From assembly GCA_938008535.1 (NCBI GenBank), contig CALLKF010000155.1:10885-74884 (forward strand): DNA of 64,000 nucleotides. The letters run 5' to 3'. Position 1 is the stretch's first letter; each line of letters begins with the position of its first letter. Source of the stretch: an uncultured Saprospirales bacterium. GTDB taxonomy: Bacteria > Bacteroidota > Bacteroidia > Chitinophagales > JADIYW01. The notes under the pieces were generated by a model. That model saw only the letters and a list, made by a program, of their open reading frames with translations. It searched no databases and was not told the origin of the DNA. Both the position numbers and the translations under genes were made by a program. Below are positions 55,421-64,000 of the stretch, piece by piece.

Positions 55421-56440
55421 ATGAGTAAGGAAGTTAAAGAAGACAAAAAGAATGATGAAAAAGCAAAAGCGCTTTTGCTTACATTAGAAAAATTAGACAA
55501 ACAATACGGCAAAGGAACCGTAATGAAATTAGGCGATAATAGTATCGTAGAATCGGAAGTAATTTCTTCTGGTTCATTAGGACTAGATTTAGCATTAGGA
55601 ATTGGAGGTTTTCCACGCGGTAGAATAATAGAAATCTACGGACCAGAGTCTTCAGGTAAAACCACATTGGCTATTCATGCAATAGCGCAAACACAAAAAG
55701 CTGGTGGCATTTGCGCCATCATCGATGCAGAACACGCATTTGATAAAAAATATGCAGAAGCATTAGGTGTTGATACCGACAATTTATACATCTGTCAGCC
55801 AGATGATGGCGAGCAAGGTTTGGATATTGCCGAGCAATTAATTCGTTCAGCAGCAGTTGATTTAGTAGTAGTCGATTCAGTGGCAGCATTAGTTCCACGC
55901 AGCGAAATTGAAGGCGAAATGGGTGACAGCAAAATGGGTTTGCATGCACGTTTGATGAGTCAGGCAATGCGTAAACTAACTGGTGCCATCAGCAAAACAG
56001 ATTGTAGCTGTATTTTCATCAATCAATTGCGTGATAAAATTGGTGTGATGTTCGGTTCGCCAGAAACCACCACTGGTGGAAACGCACTAAAATTCTATGC
56101 ATCTATTCGTTTAGATATTCGCAAAGCAGGTCAAATTAAAGACAAAGAAAATAACGTTATCGGAAATCAAACAAAAGTAAAAGTGGTGAAAAACAAATTG
56201 GCGCCACCTTTTAAAGTTGCTGAGTTTGATATTTTCTTTGGAAAAGGAATTTCTAAAGAAGGCGAAGTCGTTGACATGGGTGCTGAATTAGGCGTATTGC
56301 AAAAAAGTGGTGCATGGTATAGCTACGAAGGACAAAAAGTGGGTCAAGGACGCGATGCTGTGAAACAATTATTGTTAGATAATCCAGCGATGATGGATGA
56401 AATTGAAGCAAAAATTAAAGAGAAATTAAAACCAGCATAA
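55421..56440 (+). CDS. recA: Recombinase A
   Basis: [13 protein letters not shown] Walker [51 protein letters not shown]. Unmistakable RecA. Confidence 0.97.
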   Translation: MSKEVKEDKKNDEKAKALLLTLEKLDKQYGKGTVMKLGDNSIVESEVISSGSLGLDLALGIGGFPRGRIIEIYGPESSGKTTLAIHAIAQTQKAGGICAIIDAEHAFDKKYAEALGVDTDNLYICQPDDGEQGLDIAEQLIRSAAVDLVVVDSVAALVPRSEIEGEMGDSKMGLHARLMSQAMRKLTGAISKTDCSCIFINQLRDKIGVMFGSPETTTGGNALKFYASIRLDIRKAGQIKDKENNVIGNQTKVKVVKNKLAPPFKVAEFDIFFGKGISKEGEVVDMGAELGVLQKSGAWYSYEGQKVGQGRDAVKQLLLDNPAMMDEIEAKIKEKLKPA

Positions 56441-56463
56441 TCGTTCTATTTTATATCTTTTTT

Positions 56464-56499
56464 GAAACTCGTGAAAAATAAATTTCACGAGTTTTTTTG
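56464..56499 (+). terminator. Intrinsic terminator after recA
   Basis: AAACTCGTGAAA (56465-56476) pairs with TTTCACGAGTTT (56483-56494), followed by a T-run. Confidence 0.65.
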
Positions 56500-56530
56500 T
56501 TGAAAAATCCTTCTTACATTTAGATAAATT

Positions 56531-57313
56531 ATGTCGGTAGAAAAACGCAAGATAGAAATTTGTATCATTTCTGATATTCACTTAGGCACGCGTGCTTGCC
56601 ATGCTGCAGAGTTGAATAAATATTTGCGCAGCATCGAACCAACTATTCTTATTATTAATGGCGATTGGCTCGATATCTGGAATTTCAACGCAGGTTATTT
56701 TCCGCAAGAACATATCGAAAATGTTTTTTTAGTGTTGGATATGGCACGACAAGGAATTCCAGTGTATTATGTTACTGGAAACCACGACGATCACATGCGT
56801 AATTTTAGTGGTTATCGTTTTGATACGCTACAATTGCGCGATGAAATAGTATTAGAAATTGATGGCAAAAAACTCTGGATTTTTCATGGTGATAAATACG
56901 ATTTGTCGGTTGGTGGCTCGGCGCGTTGGCTCGCAAAATTAGGTGGTAGATATTATGACCACATTTTTACGCTAAACAGATATATAAATAATATTCGGTT
57001 AAAATACGGAAAAGATAAAATCTTGATTTCAAAATACATTAAAGACAAAGTGAAGTCGATTGTAAAAAGTAAAATACAAGATTTTGAAGATGTTGCCATA
57101 GAAATTGGCATCGAAAATGGATACGATTATATTGTTTGCGGACACATTCATAAACCGCAAATTCGCGAAGTAAAAACAGATTTAGGTAAAGCCATTTATC
57201 TAAACAGTGGTGATTGGGTCGAAAATTTAACTGCGTTGGAATATGCCAACGGAAATTGGGAAATCTTTTATTACCAACATGATCTACAATATAAAAATAT
57301 TGACAGAAGTTAA
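56531..57313 (+). CDS. Calcineurin-like metallophosphoesterase, UDP-2,3-diacylglucosamine diphosphatase (LpxH)-like
   Basis: ISDIHLGT, NGDWLD, GNHDD, CGHIHKPQ phosphoesterase motifs; 260 aa. Confidence 0.75.
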   Translation: MSVEKRKIEICIISDIHLGTRACHAAELNKYLRSIEPTILIINGDWLDIWNFNAGYFPQEHIENVFLVLDMARQGIPVYYVTGNHDDHMRNFSGYRFDTLQLRDEIVLEIDGKKLWIFHGDKYDLSVGGSARWLAKLGGRYYDHIFTLNRYINNIRLKYGKDKILISKYIKDKVKSIVKSKIQDFEDVAIEIGIENGYDYIVCGHIHKPQIREVKTDLGKAIYLNSGDWVENLTALEYANGNWEIFYYQHDLQYKNIDRS

Positions 57314-57366
57314 GTTCATTGGAAATTCATTAATACTTACCTCTTTTACCTTATTACTTACACCAC

Positions 57367-57375
57367 TTATCCACA
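57367..57375 (+). promoter_or_regulatory. Perfect DnaA-box 9-mer (TTATCCACA), isolated
   Basis: Read directly at 57367-57375 in the 390-nt lpxH-like/terC intergenic region. A single copy could occur by chance. Confidence 0.2.
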
Positions 57376-57466
57376 TTTCAACAGTGTTCATATTTTGTTA
57401 AATTGCATTAATTTTATTGACAATATGTTCTTTTTAATATAAATTGGATAAGTAAAACCAACAACC

Positions 57467-57562
57467 ATGAAAAAACAATTGCCTATGACATCAAGTGTAC
57501 AATCACTCAAGTATTTTTTGATATTATTGTTGATTCTTATTTTAGGAATCATGTGTAAATAA
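57467..57562 (+). CDS. Possible 31-aa hydrophobic peptide
   Basis: My own translation: MKKQLPMTSSVQSLKYFLILLLILILGIMCK. A TTGACA-N17-TAAATT arrangement lies at 57417-57445. No conservation evidence. Confidence 0.2.
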   Translation: MKKQLPMTSSVQSLKYFLILLLILILGIMCK

Positions 57563-57677
57563 TAATTCGAGAAAAAATTACTTTTTATGGAAGAACAAAA
57601 ATTCTTCTATAGTTATTTTTGGACGCGACTGAACTTTTTTGATTCTTTTCACATTCTTATTTTATCACTTCAAAATG

Positions 57678-57685
57678 TATCTTTG
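57678..57685 (+). promoter_or_regulatory. Candidate -7 box (TAnnTTTG) for the TerC-family gene
   Basis: TATCTTTG lies 18 nt upstream of ATG 57704. Confidence 0.3.
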
Positions 57686-57703
57686 CGTACATAAATTCTA
57701 CTT

Positions 57704-58444
57704 ATGAACTTCGATTTCAGTATTTTTCTACACACATCTACTTGGATTAGCTTATTGACTCTTACTTTTTTAGAAATTATTTTAGGCGTCGATAATATTA
57801 TTTTTATTTCCATCGTAACTCAAAAACTAAAACCCGAAGAACGCAAACGTGGACAAAATTTAGGATTGCTTTTAGCTCTTGTATTGCGCATTATATTGCT
57901 TTTCTTTTTAGGTTGGATTTTAGGTTTAAATAAAAATCTTTTACCTGAAAACAGCTTTGGTTTTGAGTTAACAGGAAAAGGAATTATTCTTATTTTAGGT
58001 GGAATATTCTTAATCTATAAATCAACCACAGAAATACATCATAAAATAACTGGTGACGATGATGAGTTTAATGTTGAAAAGAAAGAAACCAAAAGTGCTT
58101 TCACAGCAGTTTTATTTCAAATTGCCTTACTTAATTTAGTCTTTTCATTTGATTCTATTTTAACTGCAATTGGTATCGTAAAAGAAATTTTAGTTATGAT
58201 TGTTGCAGTCGTGCTTTCTATGTTGGTGATGATGAAATTTACCGATCCAGTTAGTAAAGTAGTTAACAAATATCCAAGTTTACAAATATTAGCACTCTCA
58301 TTTTTAATTATGATAGGTGTTACATTAATCATGGAAGGCTCTGGTAGAGAAGTAGAAAAATCTTTTATCTATATTTCAGTTGCTTTCTCTTTTCTAGTAG
58401 AATTACTAAACATTCGATACCGTAAAAAAAATAAGGTTCAATAA
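57704..58444 (+). CDS. TerC family integral membrane protein
   Basis: LEIILGVDNIIFISIV and a second FSFDSILTAIGIV half-repeat, typical of TerC/Alx/YjbE; 246 aa. Confidence 0.85.
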   Translation: MNFDFSIFLHTSTWISLLTLTFLEIILGVDNIIFISIVTQKLKPEERKRGQNLGLLLALVLRIILLFFLGWILGLNKNLLPENSFGFELTGKGIILILGGIFLIYKSTTEIHHKITGDDDEFNVEKKETKSAFTAVLFQIALLNLVFSFDSILTAIGIVKEILVMIVAVVLSMLVMMKFTDPVSKVVNKYPSLQILALSFLIMIGVTLIMEGSGREVEKSFIYISVAFSFLVELLNIRYRKKNKVQ

Positions 58445-58497
58445 CATTTTTATCTGGTAAAAATATTTACTTTTAAATCGATTATTAAACAATACTG

Positions 58498-60162
58498 ATG
58501 AAGAAAATCATTCCGCTTATTACTTGTTACTTTTTACTTACTACTTACAATTTACAGGCACAAATGTATCAGCAAAAAATGGCAACATTTTTAAATTTGC
58601 TCGATAACTATTATGTGGAAGATCCAAAAATAGACTCATTAGTTGAAATTGGAATTACCGAAATTTTAAAAAAACTCGATCCGCATTCTGTGTATATGAA
58701 TGCTGAAGAAATTAAAAAAGCAAACGAACCATTAGAAGGAAATTTTGAAGGTGTTGGTATTCAATTTCAAATTTATCAAGATACCATTCAGGTTGTGCAT
58801 GTTATTGCTGGTGGACCTTCACAAAAAGTTGGTGTACAAGATGGCGACAAACTAATCTTTGTTGATACATCAAAAGTAGCTGGCGTTGGCATCACCAATG
58901 AAGGTGTGTTTAAGTATTTACGCGGCAAAAAAGGCACAAAAGTTAGCATAAAAATAAAACGATACGGCGAATCAGAATTATTGGCTTTTGAAATTATTAG
59001 AGATAAAATTCCAATTTATGCAATTGCTGCACAATACATGGCAACACCAGAAATTGGCTATGTAAAACTCGAACGCTTTTCAGCAACTGCAACCGAAGAA
59101 ACACAAGCAGCCATCGATTCATTAAGAAAATTAGGTGCTAAAAAAATAATTTTAGATTTAACATCAAATGGTGGTGGCTATCTAAATCAAGCACATTCAC
59201 TATCTGATTTATTTTTATCAGAAGGAAAATTAGTCGTGTATTCATCAGGTCGTTCTCAATCAAGAATAGATTTAAATGCAACTTCTGAAGGCGATTTTGA
59301 AAAAGGTGATTTAGTCATTATGGTCGATCAAAACACAGCATCAGCTTCCGAAATTGTTTCAGGTGCTGTGCAAGATTGGGATCGTGGTTTAATTGTTGGT
59401 CGCAGAACATATGGAAAAGGTTTAGTGCAAAAAGGATATTCTTTACCAGATATGTCAGTGGTGCGATTAACTATGGCTCATTATTATACACCAAGTGGCA
59501 GAAATATTCAAAAATCATATGCGAAAGGTATTGACAAATACCATGAAGACATAGAAGATAGATATGAAAGTGGTGAGTTATTTGACTCTACAAAAATTAA
59601 AATAATTGATTCTACAAAATACTTCACCAACAACAAACGCATTGTTTACGGTGGTGGTGGCGTTACGCCTGATATTTTTGTTGGATTAGATACCAGCTGG
59701 AGTTCTAAATTTTATGGCAAGTTGGTGCGCACTGGTTCATTCAATCAATTTGTATTGGTGTATGTAAATTCTAACAGAGCAGAATTACAAAAAAAATATC
59801 CAACAGCCATTAGTTTTGTAACTAATTTTAATGTTGATTCAACTTTACTAAATCAGTTTTATGCATTTGGAAAAACAAAAAAAGCGGAACCAGATTCTGC
59901 TGAAAATTATTCCAAAAGTATTCCAACAATTCAAAATCAATTGAAAGGTTTAATTGCACAAGATTTATTTAATAGCAGTGCTTATTATCAAGTAACCAAC
60001 GTACAAAATCCAATTTATATACGTGCATTAAATGCATTTACAGATGGGTCGTTTCAAAGATTTGGCATCAAACAGGAAGATGCTACGTCCATAAAAAATA
60101 AAAAAACGAAGAATCAAAAGACAAAAAGTAAGAAAAAATCAAAAGACGGAATCACACAATAA
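58498..60162 (+). CDS. S41 family C-terminal processing peptidase with a PDZ domain and a Lys-rich tail
   Basis: Signal peptide; PDZ-like GGPSQKVGVQDGDKLIFVD; catalytic Ser region NTASASEIVSGAVQD and GRRTYGKG. Confidence 0.88.
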   Translation: MKKIIPLITCYFLLTTYNLQAQMYQQKMATFLNLLDNYYVEDPKIDSLVEIGITEILKKLDPHSVYMNAEEIKKANEPLEGNFEGVGIQFQIYQDTIQVVHVIAGGPSQKVGVQDGDKLIFVDTSKVAGVGITNEGVFKYLRGKKGTKVSIKIKRYGESELLAFEIIRDKIPIYAIAAQYMATPEIGYVKLERFSATATEETQAAIDSLRKLGAKKIILDLTSNGGGYLNQAHSLSDLFLSEGKLVVYSSGRSQSRIDLNATSEGDFEKGDLVIMVDQNTASASEIVSGAVQDWDRGLIVGRRTYGKGLVQKGYSLPDMSVVRLTMAHYYTPSGRNIQKSYAKGIDKYHEDIEDRYESGELFDSTKIKIIDSTKYFTNNKRIVYGGGGVTPDIFVGLDTSWSSKFYGKLVRTGSFNQFVLVYVNSNRAELQKKYPTAISFVTNFNVDSTLLNQFYAFGKTKKAEPDSAENYSKSIPTIQNQLKGLIAQDLFNSSAYYQVTNVQNPIYIRALNAFTDGSFQRFGIKQEDATSIKNKKTKNQKTKSKKKSKDGITQ

Positions 60163-60316
60163 TTCTTCTTTTGATTTAATAGTTGCTGAATTTATTTCTG
60201 CTGTTGCTTCATTCTTTTAATGCATCTTGAATAATAAAAAAGTAATGATGTGTTGAATGCGTTTGTGCATTGCACATATACCTATTTTCCAAAAAAGAAT
60301 ACTTATTTTTATACCT

Positions 60317-61579
60317 ATGCCTATAGAACTAATTTTAATTCTACTTTTTGTATTAGGTTACATTGGTATCATTTTCGAACATAAACTAGGTTTTGATAAA
60401 GCTTCTGCAGCTCTAATTACAGCTGTTGGTTTGTGGACTTTATTGGTTTTTAATGGAAATACTGAAGAAATTACACAAGCATTTTCGCACGATATTTTAC
60501 CAGAAATTGCAGGCATTTTATTGTTTTTGTTAGGCGCAATGACAATCGTAGAAATCATTGATCAATACGAAGGGTTTCATGTTATCGCATCTAAAATCAC
60601 CACAACCAACAAGCGCACCTTGATTTGGATAATTGCCTGGCTTGCATTTTTTCTTTCCGCAGTTTTAGATAATCTAACAACTGCTATCGTCATGATTTCT
60701 TTATTAAAAAAATTAATAGACGATAAAGAAGAACGCATGTTATTTGCAGGCATCGTTATCATTGCAGCCAATGCTGGTGGAGCTTGGTCGCCAATGGGTG
60801 ACATTACCACAACCATGCTATGGATAAAAGGACAAATTACTGCGCTTTCCATTATGAAAGAAATTTTCTTGGCAAGTGCAGTTTGTTTGCTTGTACCTTT
60901 AATTGTAGTTACTTTCAGAATAAAAGGAAATATACCAACTAAAACTGATGACGAAGATTATCAAAATCCATTATGGGTTCGTACCACTATTTTGTGCGTT
61001 GGTTTAGGTGCTTTAGTTTTTGTGCCCATTTTTAAAACTATAACTCATTTGCCACCATTCATGGGTATGCTTTTTGGAGTTGGTGTTTTATGGTTAATTG
61101 CAGATCTTATCAACAAAGGGAAAGACGACCAAAGTAAAAAAGAAATTTCTGTTTATAAAGCACTTTCTAAAATTGATATACCAAGCATTTTATTTTTCTT
61201 CGGAATTTTAGCAGCTGTTGGCGCATTAGAAAAAGCAGAAATTTTACATCATTTAGCAACTGCATTAGACAAGTCTATTGGCAATCACGACGTCATTATT
61301 TATTGTATTGGTTTATTGTCAGCAGTGATAGATAATGTGCCTTTAGTGGCAGCATCACAAGCCATGTACACGTTTCCAACCGATGATCATTTATGGCATT
61401 TTGTTGCTTATTGTGCAGGCACTGGCGGCAGCATTTTAATTATCGGTTCAGCAGCTGGTGTTGCCGTAATGGGTCTTGAAAAAATTAATTTTATCTGGTA
61501 CGCCAAAAAGATTGGATGGCTTGCATTTATTGGTTACACTGCAGGCGCGCTTGTTTCTTATGCTGAAAGTGTGTTGTAA
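60317..61579 (+). CDS. nhaD: NhaD-type Na+/H+ antiporter (ArsB/NhaD permease superfamily)
   Basis: About 11 TM segments; LSAVLDNLTTAIVM and LLSAVIDNVPLVAA repeats. Start placed at MPIELILILLF. Confidence 0.8.
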   Translation: MPIELILILLFVLGYIGIIFEHKLGFDKASAALITAVGLWTLLVFNGNTEEITQAFSHDILPEIAGILLFLLGAMTIVEIIDQYEGFHVIASKITTTNKRTLIWIIAWLAFFLSAVLDNLTTAIVMISLLKKLIDDKEERMLFAGIVIIAANAGGAWSPMGDITTTMLWIKGQITALSIMKEIFLASAVCLLVPLIVVTFRIKGNIPTKTDDEDYQNPLWVRTTILCVGLGALVFVPIFKTITHLPPFMGMLFGVGVLWLIADLINKGKDDQSKKEISVYKALSKIDIPSILFFFGILAAVGALEKAEILHHLATALDKSIGNHDVIIYCIGLLSAVIDNVPLVAASQAMYTFPTDDHLWHFVAYCAGTGGSILIIGSAAGVAVMGLEKINFIWYAKKIGWLAFIGYTAGALVSYAESVL

Positions 61580-61659
61580 AAATTCATCAATTTTTATTTA
61601 CTTTTTTGGGATGATATAAAATCTTGTATCTTGCATCTTAAATCTTTTAATCTACAATA

Positions 61660-62910
61660 ATGATCACTATTCGTCCATTCAAAGGACTTCGTCCGCGCAA
61701 AGATATTGCAGACAAAGTTGCTGCAAAACCGTATGATGTTTTGAATTCACAAGAAGCAAAAGAAGAAGCAAAAGAGAATCCGTATTCTTTCTTAAAAATA
61801 TCAAAACCTGAAATAAACTTTGAAAATGCAATAGATCAATATGCTGATGAAGTCTATCAAAAAGGAAAAGAAATTTTTGATTGTTATATGAATGATGGAA
61901 TTTTGGTGCGTGATGAAAAACCATGTTTATATATCTATGCGCAAACCATGGATGGCAGAACGCAAACTGGTTTGGTGGCTGGCAGTTCGATTGATGATTA
62001 TTTTAATGACAACATCAAAAAACACGAACTCACTTTAGTTGCCAAAGAAAACGATCGTATCAAACATATGAAAACTAAAATGGCGCAACCAGGTATGGTT
62101 TTTTTAACCTATAAAAGTGTAGATGAAATTGATGTTATTATTGAACATTATTGCGAACATCATGAAACAGAAAATGATTTCACGGATTCGCAAAATGTGC
62201 GCCATCAGTTATGGAAAATCGACAATGAAAATATCATTAACAAACTGACTTCATTGTTTGATGAAAAAGTTCCTGCAAGTTATATTGCTGATGGACATCA
62301 TCGCTCTGCTGCGTCTGCAAAAGTTGGCAAGCAACTACGCGAAGAACATCCAAACTACACAGGAAACGAGCCATTCAATTTCTTTTTATCGTGTTTGTTT
62401 CCAAGCAATCAATTACAAATTCAAGATTACAATCGTTTGATAAAAGATACAAATGATTTGACTGAAGATGAATTGCTGGAAAAAATAAAAATACATTTTG
62501 ATGTAGAAAAAATTGGTGCGCAAATTTATAAACCAACGCATTTACACGAATTCTCGATGTATACAAATGGCAATTGGTACAAACTGACTGCAAAACCAAC
62601 AACATACGAAAACGTTAATGAAATAGGCGTTTTAGATGTTACAATATTATCTAATTATTTATTGGATCCGATTTTAAATATTAAAGACCAACGTACTGAT
62701 AAACGCATTGATTTTGTTGGTGGTATTCGTGGCTTGGCTGAATTGCAAAAGCGTGTTGACAGCGGTGAAATGAAAATTGCATTTGCATTTTATCCAGTTT
62801 CCTTAGACCAATTAATTGCAATTGCTGACTCAGGAAATATCATGCCGCCAAAATCAACATGGTTCGAGCCAAAACTAAAATCTGGTTTGGTGATTAATTT
62901 ATTGAAATAG
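61660..62910 (+). CDS. DUF1015 domain protein
   Basis: N-terminal IRPFKGLRPRKD...KPYDVL and YIADGHHRSAAS motifs, as I recall for DUF1015; 416 aa. Confidence 0.78.
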   Translation: MITIRPFKGLRPRKDIADKVAAKPYDVLNSQEAKEEAKENPYSFLKISKPEINFENAIDQYADEVYQKGKEIFDCYMNDGILVRDEKPCLYIYAQTMDGRTQTGLVAGSSIDDYFNDNIKKHELTLVAKENDRIKHMKTKMAQPGMVFLTYKSVDEIDVIIEHYCEHHETENDFTDSQNVRHQLWKIDNENIINKLTSLFDEKVPASYIADGHHRSAASAKVGKQLREEHPNYTGNEPFNFFLSCLFPSNQLQIQDYNRLIKDTNDLTEDELLEKIKIHFDVEKIGAQIYKPTHLHEFSMYTNGNWYKLTAKPTTYENVNEIGVLDVTILSNYLLDPILNIKDQRTDKRIDFVGGIRGLAELQKRVDSGEMKIAFAFYPVSLDQLIAIADSGNIMPPKSTWFEPKLKSGLVINLLK

Positions 62911-63043
62911 TATACTTTTATAATTTCTAGAAACGACAATGTATTTCAACAATACAATTACTAGAAGGAAAAAAAATTACCTCAAATAGAAATTACTAAT
63001 GATGATGAATTTTTTTGAAATTTATTTACTACTTGAAAGTATA

Positions 63044-63083
63044 AAAAACAAAACCCGATGTTAACATCGGGTTTTATTTTTTT
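63044..63083. terminator. Bidirectional terminator hairpin
   Basis: AAAACCCGATGTT (63050-63062) pairs with AACATCGGGTTTT (63063-63075), flanked by A-run and T-run. It lies between convergent genes. Confidence 0.65.
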
Positions 63084-63099
63084 CGTCTCTTGGTAGAGA

Positions 63100-63369
63100 T
63101 TACTTTTTTTTCGCTGCTGCTTTTTTTGCTGGAGCTTTTTTCGCTGGAGCTGCTGCTTTTTTCGCTACTGCTTTTTTCGCTACTGCTTTTTTAGGAGCCG
63201 CTGCTTTTTTTGCTGGAGCTTTTTTCGCTACTGCTTTTTTAGGAGCTGCTGCTTTTTTAGGAGCTGCTGCTTTTTTTGCTGGAGCTGCTTTTTTTGCTGG
63301 AGCTGCTTTTTTTGCTGGAGCTGCTGCTTTTTTTGCTGCTGGCTTTGCGCTTGCTGTTTTCTTTGCCAT
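63100..63369 (-). CDS. Histone H1-like Lys/Ala-repeat DNA-binding protein
   Basis: 89 aa made almost entirely of AKKAAAP/AKKAVAKK repeats, encoded by 15-21-nt tandem DNA repeats, with the terminator directly downstream. Confidence 0.7.
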   Translation of the reverse strand: MAKKTASAKPAAKKAAAPAKKAAPAKKAAPAKKAAAPKKAAAPKKAVAKKAPAKKAAAPKKAVAKKAVAKKAAAPAKKAPAKKAAAKKK

Positions 63370-63534
63370 TGCTTTTAATTTTTTTAATTTTTTAGTTTCG
63401 TTTTAAAAGCAGTCGAAACTTTTCTGCTAGAAATTTTTATTTTTTTTATGCAGATTAAAAATCTCTTTTAAACATCCTGCAACATAAAAGTAATACAATC
63501 TTTGTATGTGTACAATGTTTTAGTTATTCATAAA

Positions 63535-63553
63535 TGTTGATAATTGTGGATAA
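63535..63553 (-). promoter_or_regulatory. Two tandem DnaA-box-like 9-mers spaced 10 bp start-to-start
   Basis: TGTTGATAA (63535-63543, one mismatch) and TGTGGATAA (63545-63553, a perfect reverse complement of TTATCCACA). They lie inside a 630-nt ORF-free AT-rich region. Confidence 0.35.
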
Positions 63554-64000
63554 CGCTAATAAGTTCAATACACACATCTTTATCTCTATTGATCTTTTAA
63601 TAGTTTTTATCAAACTGAATTTAAAGTAATTCATCGTTGTATAATAATTTAGCATTATTCAAAATAGCAGCAAATACTAGTGGTTTGGCGCATTTTAATT
63701 TTTACTTTTAAAGTATAGTATACATTTGTTTATCAAAAAAAATGCTTGTTAATTATTTTATTCTTATCTAATTCTTCTGAAATAGAAACGTTCTATTTCT
63801 TTAAATAATGTTAGAAAAAAAAATAAAACCTACCTTATTTTTAATTTCAATTTTTATTTTTTCATCATTCACGTTGTAAAAAAAAATAAAAGCAAAAACG
63901 TATCACTTGAATTTTATTTTCTATTTGTGTTTCGAGTGCATTCTATTTGCTATCTTTCGGAATAATTTATAGCAAGAAAATGAAGTCGATATTTTTCATT

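Noticed and set aside
57367-57375. Treating the two perfect DnaA boxes (57367 and 63545) as proof of oriC.
   Set aside because: For this base composition I estimate that roughly one perfect 9-mer would be expected by chance over both strands of 64 kb. Two boxes 6 kb apart are not a cluster. Only the tandem pair at 63.5 kb is kept, as a low-confidence lead.
57587-57694. A 35-codon upstream ORF ending 9 nt before the TerC start, considered as a possible leader peptide.
   Set aside because: The best promoter -7 box for the TerC gene (TATCTTTG, 57678-57685) lies inside this ORF. The TerC transcript would therefore probably start downstream of most of it, and nothing else supports translation.
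57314-57703. A yybP-ykoY (Mn2+) type riboswitch upstream of the TerC-family gene.
   Set aside because: I could not find the conserved GC-rich helices or loops I associate with that class. The region is AT-rich with no convincing four-way structure by eye. An Infernal scan is needed for a real answer.
63980-64000. A possible plus-strand gene start (ATGAAGTCGATATTTTTCATT = MKSIFFI) at the right window edge.
   Set aside because: Only 7 codons are visible, which is too little to call a CDS.

Overview
The window reads as a low-G+C Bacteroidota chromosome segment. Hand-sampled 60-nt lines give about 30-32% G+C. Supporting signs are T9SS C-terminal sorting domains on two secreted proteins, TAnnTTTG-type -7 boxes upstream of several genes, and an AKKA-repeat histone-like protein.

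Layout:
1. 1-7.6 kb: the 5' part of uvrB running off the left edge (absent from the ORF track), a T9SS-sorted esterase, a DUF5606-like protein, an M3 oligoendopeptidase, two thioredoxin-fold proteins and small hypotheticals.
2. 7.6-41.6 kb: one very large, strand-mosaic surface-glycan locus. It holds about 13 glycosyltransferases, Wzm/Wzt ABC export, 5 methyltransferases, 2 acyltransferases, an AsnB-type amidotransferase, a WbpB/WbpD/WbpE-like block, several SDR epimerases/reductases and a GT-C-like membrane protein. An 1157-aa LamG/PKD T9SS cargo gene sits in the middle of it.
3. 41.7-48.8 kb: a TrpF-like protein, CtaA/COX15, an SDR, anmK, a TauE/SafE-TPMT pair and an MsbA-like ABC exporter.
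4. 48.8-51.1 kb: a compositional mosaic with no recognisable mobility genes. It contains a REP-like palindrome cluster, a roughly 50% G+C orphan gene, an exactly 21-bp-phased AT-rich repeat array and a roughly 20% G+C orphan lipoprotein.
5. 51.1-63.4 kb: two outer-membrane proteins, a polyprenyl glycosylphosphotransferase, recA, an LpxH-like phosphoesterase, TerC, an S41 protease, NhaD, DUF1015 and a histone H1-like protein.
6. 63.4-64.0 kb: an ORF-free AT-rich stretch with two tandem DnaA-box-like 9-mers.

I recognised no rRNA, tRNA, CRISPR array, transposase or integrase. All functional calls come from motif reading and recall of protein families. No searches or computations were run, so family names should be treated as hypotheses for HMM/BLAST confirmation.
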